Positions 51,631 through 57,415 of a DNA stretch of 57,415 nt are shown one piece after another (positions within the stretch are counted from its first letter, which is position 1; every line of letters begins with the position of its first letter). The position numbers and the translations under genes are program-made. The notes below the pieces were generated by a model. The model searched no databases. It saw only the letters and a program-made list of their open reading frames with translations, and had not been told where the DNA came from. This stretch comes from Prorocentrum cordatum. Lineage: Eukaryota. The stretch is taken from contig CAUYUJ010000029.1 of the NCBI GenBank assembly GCA_963575745.1, positions 62,001 through 119,415 of the forward strand, given 5' to 3'.

Positions 51631-53584
51631 TTCGCATGGGGGAAGCGGGCCCTGGGGGTAACGGTTCCTGGACCCTGGGGCCTTCCCCCAAGACCAGCTC
51701 TTCATCCTGAGTCGCTCTCTGACAGTCCCGCGGCCCGACAGCCCGAGAACGGCGGAGAGAACACCACAGGACCCACCTTCCCCCAAACCCTTTTTCCCCC
51801 ACGGCGAAGCGGGGGAGGAACGGGCTGAGCCGGTAATCATCTCCGCTTTCTTTTTGTTCCCCCGACGCGGGCCCCCCCCTCAAGAGGTATCGGCACCTTC
51901 CCGGCACGCGTGCTGTTCCTCCCCGTGCCGTGCCGGGCTGGAGGCAGGCGAGCGGCGCGGCCGCGAGAAGACGAAGGACTCCCCCCCCACGGTGTGGGAG
52001 GGCTGGTGGGTGGGCGTGCGGGGTCCTAAGCTTTGCCCTCGGCCCTCCTCGAGGATCGAGGAGGGATTTCGAAGCTTCTCGGACGGTTCTTGGACGTTGT
52101 CGGCCCTTGTCGGGCCTCTGGGGACCTCCGGGGACCTCTGGGGGTCAGGATCCGGGGCGGGAGCAAACTTACCAGTGGAGGGGGTGACACGTGACGGACT
52201 CCTCTTTTCGTGTGGGAGTTGTGCAGAGCACGCTGGGGGGTTTCAAACAAAAACCCAACGTGGTTCCAACAACTCGTCCGTTGGAGAAAAGCACTGCAGT
52301 GTACAGTGGGGGTTTCAAGCAACATCCCCACTGTACACTGCATGTTTTCGTGTAGGAGTTGTGCGGGGCTCGTGTGCGCGCGATCCACGATCAAAACTTG
52401 AGTGGGGAGGAGCGCGACAACGGGCGGGGAGGAACCCGACGGAAAGAGGGTTTCAGGAGGGCGAGGAGGAAGAGGACACACAAGGATCTGTAGAGGCGGC
52501 GGGGTAGGTGGCGGCAGAGGGGCTCCCGACCCCAGAGAGTGCTGAGGGGAGGAACCTCTGCCGAGCGTGTCGCGGCGGCGGCCCTTGCTACACGCCGTGC
52601 CCTGCGAGCTGACAGCGTGCCGCTCCGCTCCGCGGGGCAGGAGGCGGGGGAGTGCTCCGGGCGTTGAATTGACTAAAACGACGCGAAGACGTGGACAAAA
52701 TTGGATCGGGATAACTCGAAATCTCTGGGAATCGGCGGGTTTGGAGGATGTATTGGGCGCCGCGGCCGCTCTGGAGCGATTTATCCCGAGCCTAGCCCTG
52801 TTTTGTTGACGCTCAGGGACCCGGGCGTGGTCGGCGTGTCGCGCCGGGGCGTGGTGGGCCAGACCGGGCGGCGCGACCCGCTGGGCAGGCGCTCGTGACC
52901 GTCGGCGCCTTCTTGCTCGTGCCGTGGAGTCTTTTGCTCGCCGAGGTGCCGCGGCATGCGTTGCCTCTGTCGATAGGCCTGAGGTGTCGTCTGCTGAGGG
53001 TCCTCGGCGCCGGCTGCCCCGCTGAGGGAGAGCTGGCTCCACGACAGCGCAGACGGGCCAGGTGGCAACGCGGAAACCAATATCGGGGCATGGCGCTGAG
53101 CGGCGGGTGCTCTTAACTCCACCTCGCCTGCCAGGGATCCCCATTTGAAGTGTTGGAAGAAGAAGGGGGAGGAGTGTGAGAAGGTGAATGGACAGCGCTT
53201 GCCCGACGAGCCCCTGAAGCTAGAAAAAACGACGCCACGGCCATCAAACCTGTAGGGACGCGGCGGGCGCGGATGTCGTTGGGGCTGTCCGTGTGCAACT
53301 GTCTGCTGGGCGGCTCTTCTGGCACCTGCACTCCTTGCTGCAACCAGACCAGGTTCTGTTATCGCTCTTGAGGTGGCAGAAGTAGTAGAGCCCCTCCTTC
53401 CCGGGAGACGTAAGATTCGAGTTTGGAGGACTCGACTTGGCCTGACGGGGCCGTCAGGAAAAATGGCGAGACCCGCCTGAAATTTGACGCGAGCTCCCGC
53501 TGCAAGCATCCCACGAAAACTGGAGAACCACAACTCGGGAACGTAAGGCTCGAGTTCCCGCGAACTCAAGTCTTTTCCGTTTAC

Positions 53585-54091
53585 CCCCTCCTTGCAGATG
53601 CACTTCCCGGCCACACACTCGGTGGGCCCCACCTCGGCCTCGGAGGGGCAGCCGAGCATGGTCACTCCGAAGAACATGTTGCACGTGTCGCCCGTGAGCA
53701 GCCTCTTCTGGCTCGCGGCCTCTCTCGTTTTCCCACCCACGCAGCTGCCGTCCATCGACGAGCACATCCCGTGCGGGCACAGGCACTTGTAGCCCGCGGT
53801 CGTGTTGCACTTGGCGCCGCGGCGCCAGTCGTCGCAGCCGAACGCCCTGCAGGTGCCGCCCGTGTCCGCGCTGCAGACCGCCTGCTGCGGCACGCAGATG
53901 CCCTCCTCCGACGAGCACGTCCCCTCCGGGCACACGCACTTGGACGTGGCCGTGTCGCACTCGGCGCCGCGGCGCGACGTGCGGCAACCGAAGAGTTTGC
54001 AAGTGCCACCCGTGTCCGCGCGGCACTTGGCCTCGCCGTGCCCGGCGGCGCCGAGGGCCCACAGCGGCAGCAAGGCAGCGATGCGCACCAT
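53585..54091 (-). CDS. First exon of a secreted Cys-rich repeat protein (about 3 disulfide modules; function unknown)
   Basis: GCCATGG start at 54091; signal peptide MVRIAALLPLWALGAAGHG; two clear modules C-x-ADTGGTC-x2-FGC-x3-RRGA-x-C...C-x-CP-x-G-x-CSS-x2-G-x-CV plus a diverged third; high GC3. The protein-like character ends at a GGG|gtaaac donor (53585/53584). Confidence 0.75.
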
Positions 54092-54138
54092 GGCGGGGAG
54101 TGCCTGCCCGAACCTCACCACTTCCGTCCCAGGCTGCC

Positions 54139-54160
54139 CTCGAGCCGGCGCTGCTACGGA
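54139..54160 (-). promoter_or_regulatory. Candidate relic dinoflagellate spliced leader
   Basis: TCCGTAGCAGCGCCGGCTCGAG vs DCCGTAGCCATTTTGGCTCAAG: ungapped 22 nt, 15/22 identity, 47 nt upstream of the ATG at 54091. Confidence 0.5.
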
Positions 54161-54763
54161 AAAGCACCATCAGCCTCTCCGACTCGCCCTGGGCCTCCCG
54201 GGGCCCTCGCCGAGCGGCCCGAGCAGCGCACTGGCAGAGAAGGGCCGAGATCTCTGGCTGGCCAGATCTTCGACGACTTGATTTTTTCGCGGGCGTCCAG
54301 TGCGGGGGGCTCGTAAATCATGGCCCGCCGACCCTCAACCAGAGGCCACTCTCAAGCGGCGCTATCTCATCGACTCCCAGACGCTAATCGACGCTAATCG
54401 AGGCTAAAGGCAATCTTAAAGGGGTATACCATGCTCCCATGGGGGGCGGAACCTCCCTGCCGACCCTCGGTGGTTCAAATATGAGGTCCTGAAGGATGGT
54501 GTCCTTCGGACGAGGTGCCTCAAACAATGTACATCCAGTCTTGAATCCCTTCCTATTCGTAGGACCCCATCCCTCAGGACCCCATCTTTGAACCACCGAG
54601 AAGGAGGAGGAGGAGGAGGAGGAGTAGGAGTAGGAGGAGGAGGAGGAGGAGGAGGAGGAGGAGGAGGAGGAGGAGGGAGGAGGAGGAGGAGGAGGAGGAG
54701 GAGGAGGCCACTCCCGCGGGCGAGGCCGCCCGTGGGCGCGCGGCACGCGGGCCCGAACGGGGC

Positions 54764-54818
54764 CTTCGCCAGGAGCCGTCGGGCGGCCGAGGCCTGCTCC
54801 AGGAGCTGCGCCGGCCTC
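54764..54818 (-). CDS. Putative isolated exon: G+RPAQLLEQASAARRLLAK
   Basis: ctgcag|G acceptor, AAG|gc donor, GC3-rich, between (GAG)n and (CTC)n tracts like exons A-E. Partner exons unknown. Confidence 0.4.
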
Positions 54819-54940
54819 CTGCAGGGCGCCAAGGGGGGCGCGGGGCGAGCCTCCCGACTGCCGGGCTCCCTCCCTCCTCCTCCTCCTCCCTCCTCCTCCT
54901 CCTCCTCCTCCTCCTCCCTCCTCTTCCTCCTCCTCCCTCC

Positions 54941-54972
<32 letters not shown>

Positions 54973-55237
54973 TTCCTCCTCTTCCTCCTGCTCCTCCTCC
55001 GCCTCCTCCTCCTCCTCCTCCTCCTCCTCCTCCTCCCGACTTGGCGGCGCGCACAAGGGGGTGGAGGACGGGGGGAGGGGGCTTCTTCGAAGGGGGCTGC
55101 TGCTTAGAAGGCGCCGGGCTTACATCTATAGAGAAGGCCCGTGGCTTCTAAGAAGCAGGGGTGCTTCTAAGAAGCCCTCCCCCCTTCCCCCTTCTGCGCG
55201 TGGCTGACAGACCACCTCCGTCATCCGTCACAACGTT

Positions 55238-55396
55238 TAGGTCGGGCCTGTCCTCGTACAGGCGCATTTTGGACGAACAGTCAAAAGCAACCGAACAATA
55301 GTCAAACAGACGTAAGAACATGAGAAACATCGTCCCCCGACTATGTTTTAAAACTATTTTAGAATATTCCTCCTGTAGAGGGACATGTCCGACTTA
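55238..55396. mobile_element. MITE-like element, copy 3, followed by a partial duplicate of its left flank and TIR (~55413-55465)
   Basis: taggtcgggcctgtcctcgtacagg ... cctgtagagggacatgtccgactta; acctccgtcatccgtcacaacgtttaggtcgggc occurs at ~55214 and ~55413. Confidence 0.75.
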
Positions 55397-55804
55397 CCCA
55401 AACTCCCTCCAGACCTCCGTCATCCGTCACAACGTTTAGGTCGGGCATATCCTCCTACAGGCGGATTTTGGAAGACAAATCAAAAGAGCCCCAAACTATG
55501 CAAACATAGGAAAATAGCATAATTACCCTGTGACGTACCCAACCCATTTGTATCAATGGAAACGAGGAGTTGGCCGAAACTTGCATGGACAATCAACATG
55601 ATGTGTAAGCTACTTGGGACACGCGCCTATGGCATGATGTGCAGGAGAACCCTACAAGGACGAGGGGCGACAGCTACAGGCTCGAAGAGGACATGGGGAG
55701 TCGGGAACGCAGAGCAGGAGAAACACGTGCGGGAAGCCGAACCATCAGCACGGCAGCAGCACAGGGAAGGTGACTGCAGGAGGAGAACAAGGACGAAAGC
55801 GGCG

Positions 55805-57415
55805 TCTAATTTGAGTCTGCGGTGGGTACCCACTGTGCTGTGCCCCTCAGCAGGCCTCGAAAGTGGCGACAGTTTCACAGATCGCAGCCCCCCAGGGATG
55901 GCGAGGTCTAATTTGAGTCTGCGGTGGTACCCACTGTGCTGGGCCCCCCAGCAGGCCTCGAAAGTGGCGACAGTTTCACAGATCGCAGCCCCCCAGGGAT
56001 GGCGAGGTCTAATTTGAATCTGCGGTGGGTACCCACTGTGCTGGGCCCCCCAGCAGGCCTCGAAAGTGGCGACAGTTTCACAGATCGCAGCCCCCCAGGG
56101 ATGGCGAGGTCTAATTTGAATCCGCCGCGGGTGCGTCACTGTGCTGGGCCCCCCAGCAGGCCTCGAAAGTGGCGACAGTTCCACAGATCGCAGCCCCCCA
56201 GGGATGGCGAGGTCTAATTTGAATCCGCCGTGGCGTCACTGTGCTGGGCCCCCCAGCAGGCCTCGAAAGTGGCGACAGTTTCACAGATCGCAGCCCCCCA
56301 GGGATGGCGAGGTCTAATTTGAGTCTGCGGTGGTACCCACTGTGCTGGGCCCCCCAGCAGCCCTCGAAAGTGGCGACAGTTTCACAGATCGCAGCCCCCC
56401 AGGGATGGCGAGGTCAATTTGAATCTGCGGTGGGTACCCACTGTGCTGGGCCCCCCAGCAGGCCTCGAAAGTGGCGACTTTCACAGATCGCAGCCCCCCA
56501 GGGATGGCGAGGTCTAATTTGTTGGCGTCACTGTGCTGGGCCCCCCAGCAGGCCTCGAAAGTGGCGACAGTTTCACAGATCGCAGCCCCCCAGGGATGGC
56601 GAGGTCTAATTTGAATCTGCCCGTGTGTACCCACTGTGCTGGGCCCCCCAGCAGGCCTCGAAAGTGGCGACAGTTTCACAGATCGCAGCCCCCAGGGATG
56701 GCGAGGTCTAATTTGGGTCCGCCCGTGGCGTCACTGTGCTGGGCCCCCCAGCAGGCCTCGAAAGTGGCGACAGTTTCACAGATCGCAGCCCCCCAGGGAT
56801 GGCGAGGTCTAATTTGAATCTGCGGTGGGTACCCACTGTGCTGGGCCCCCCAGCAGGCCTCGAAAGTGGCGACAGTTTCACAGATCGCAGCCCCCCAGGG
56901 ATGGCGAGGTCTAATTTGAGTCTGCGGTGTGTACCCACTGTGCTGGGCCCCCCAGCAGGCCTCGAAAGTGGCGACAGTTTCACAGATCGCAGCCCCCCAG
57001 GGATGGCGAGGTCTAATTTGAGTCCGCGGTGTGTACCCACTGTGCTGGGCCCCCCAGCAGGCCTCGAAAGTGGCGACAGTTTCACAGATCGCAGCCCCCC
57101 AGGGATGGCGAGGTCTAATTTGAATCTGCCGTGTGTACCCACTGTGCTGGGCCCCCCAGCAGGCCTCGAAAGTGGCGACAGTTTCACAGATCGCAGCCCC
57201 CCAGGGATGGCGAGGTCTAATTTGAATCTGCGGTGTGTACCCACTGTGCTGGGCCCCCCAGCAGGCCTCGAAAGTGGCGACAGTTTCACAGATCGCAGCC
57301 CCCCAGGGATGGCGAGGTCAAAGGCAGGGGGGAAGAGAGGGACCGGAGGGAAGGAAGGAAGGTTCGCGCGAGCAGTGCTCTATTCAAAACGAGAACCCAA
57401 CACAGGAGGGTTGGG
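55805..57415 (-). repeat. ~102-bp minisatellite (15 copies, 55805-57319) ending in the reverse-oriented cap motif (57365-57415)
   Basis: Unit starts at 55805, 55907, 56008, 56110, 56213, 56313, 56414, 56513, 56605, 56707, 56808, 56910, 57012, 57114 and 57216. Confidence 0.95.

Noticed and set aside
52781..53584. C-terminal part of the 446-aa ORF
   Set aside because: Composition and codon bias change abruptly after the GT donor at 53584; probably intron read-through.
55805..57319. CRISPR-like conserved/variable alternation
   Set aside because: The variable parts are variants of two related sequences rather than unique spacers; this is a minisatellite.
1..57415. rRNA, tRNA, intact SL-RNA genes or telomeric arrays
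   Set aside because: None recognised by eye; a covariance-model search would be needed to exclude small RNAs.

Overview
This is eukaryotic, GC-rich, repeat-dense DNA with the hallmarks of a dinoflagellate nuclear genome (inferred, Prorocentrum-like): large (GAG/CTC)n, (CAT)n, (CAA)n and (TA)n tracts, micro-exons with GC/GA splice donors, all recognisable genes on the minus strand, and possible relic spliced leaders. Most ORF-track entries are artefacts of low-complexity or satellite DNA. Supported content: (1) an intronless ~5.1-kb gene (42260-37148, minus) for a secreted protein with five near-identical, compact GH7 glucanase domains (927-bp unit) and a Cys-rich CBM1-like module, interrupted by one +1 frameshift; (2) a degenerate DIRS-type retroelement (~44300-50230, minus) ordered ORF1, RT, RNase H, tyrosine recombinase, cytosine methyltransferase; (3) the first exon of a secreted Cys-rich repeat protein (54091-53585); (4) a gene missed by the ORF track, rebuilt by hand from 28-75-nt exons over ~29 kb, encoding a helical-repeat protein; (5) a MITE family, a ~1.4-kb dispersed repeat family, a 32-bp hairpin minisatellite, and two different minisatellite types capped by the same ~50-bp hairpin motif. 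No database searches were run, so family calls rest on recognised motifs.
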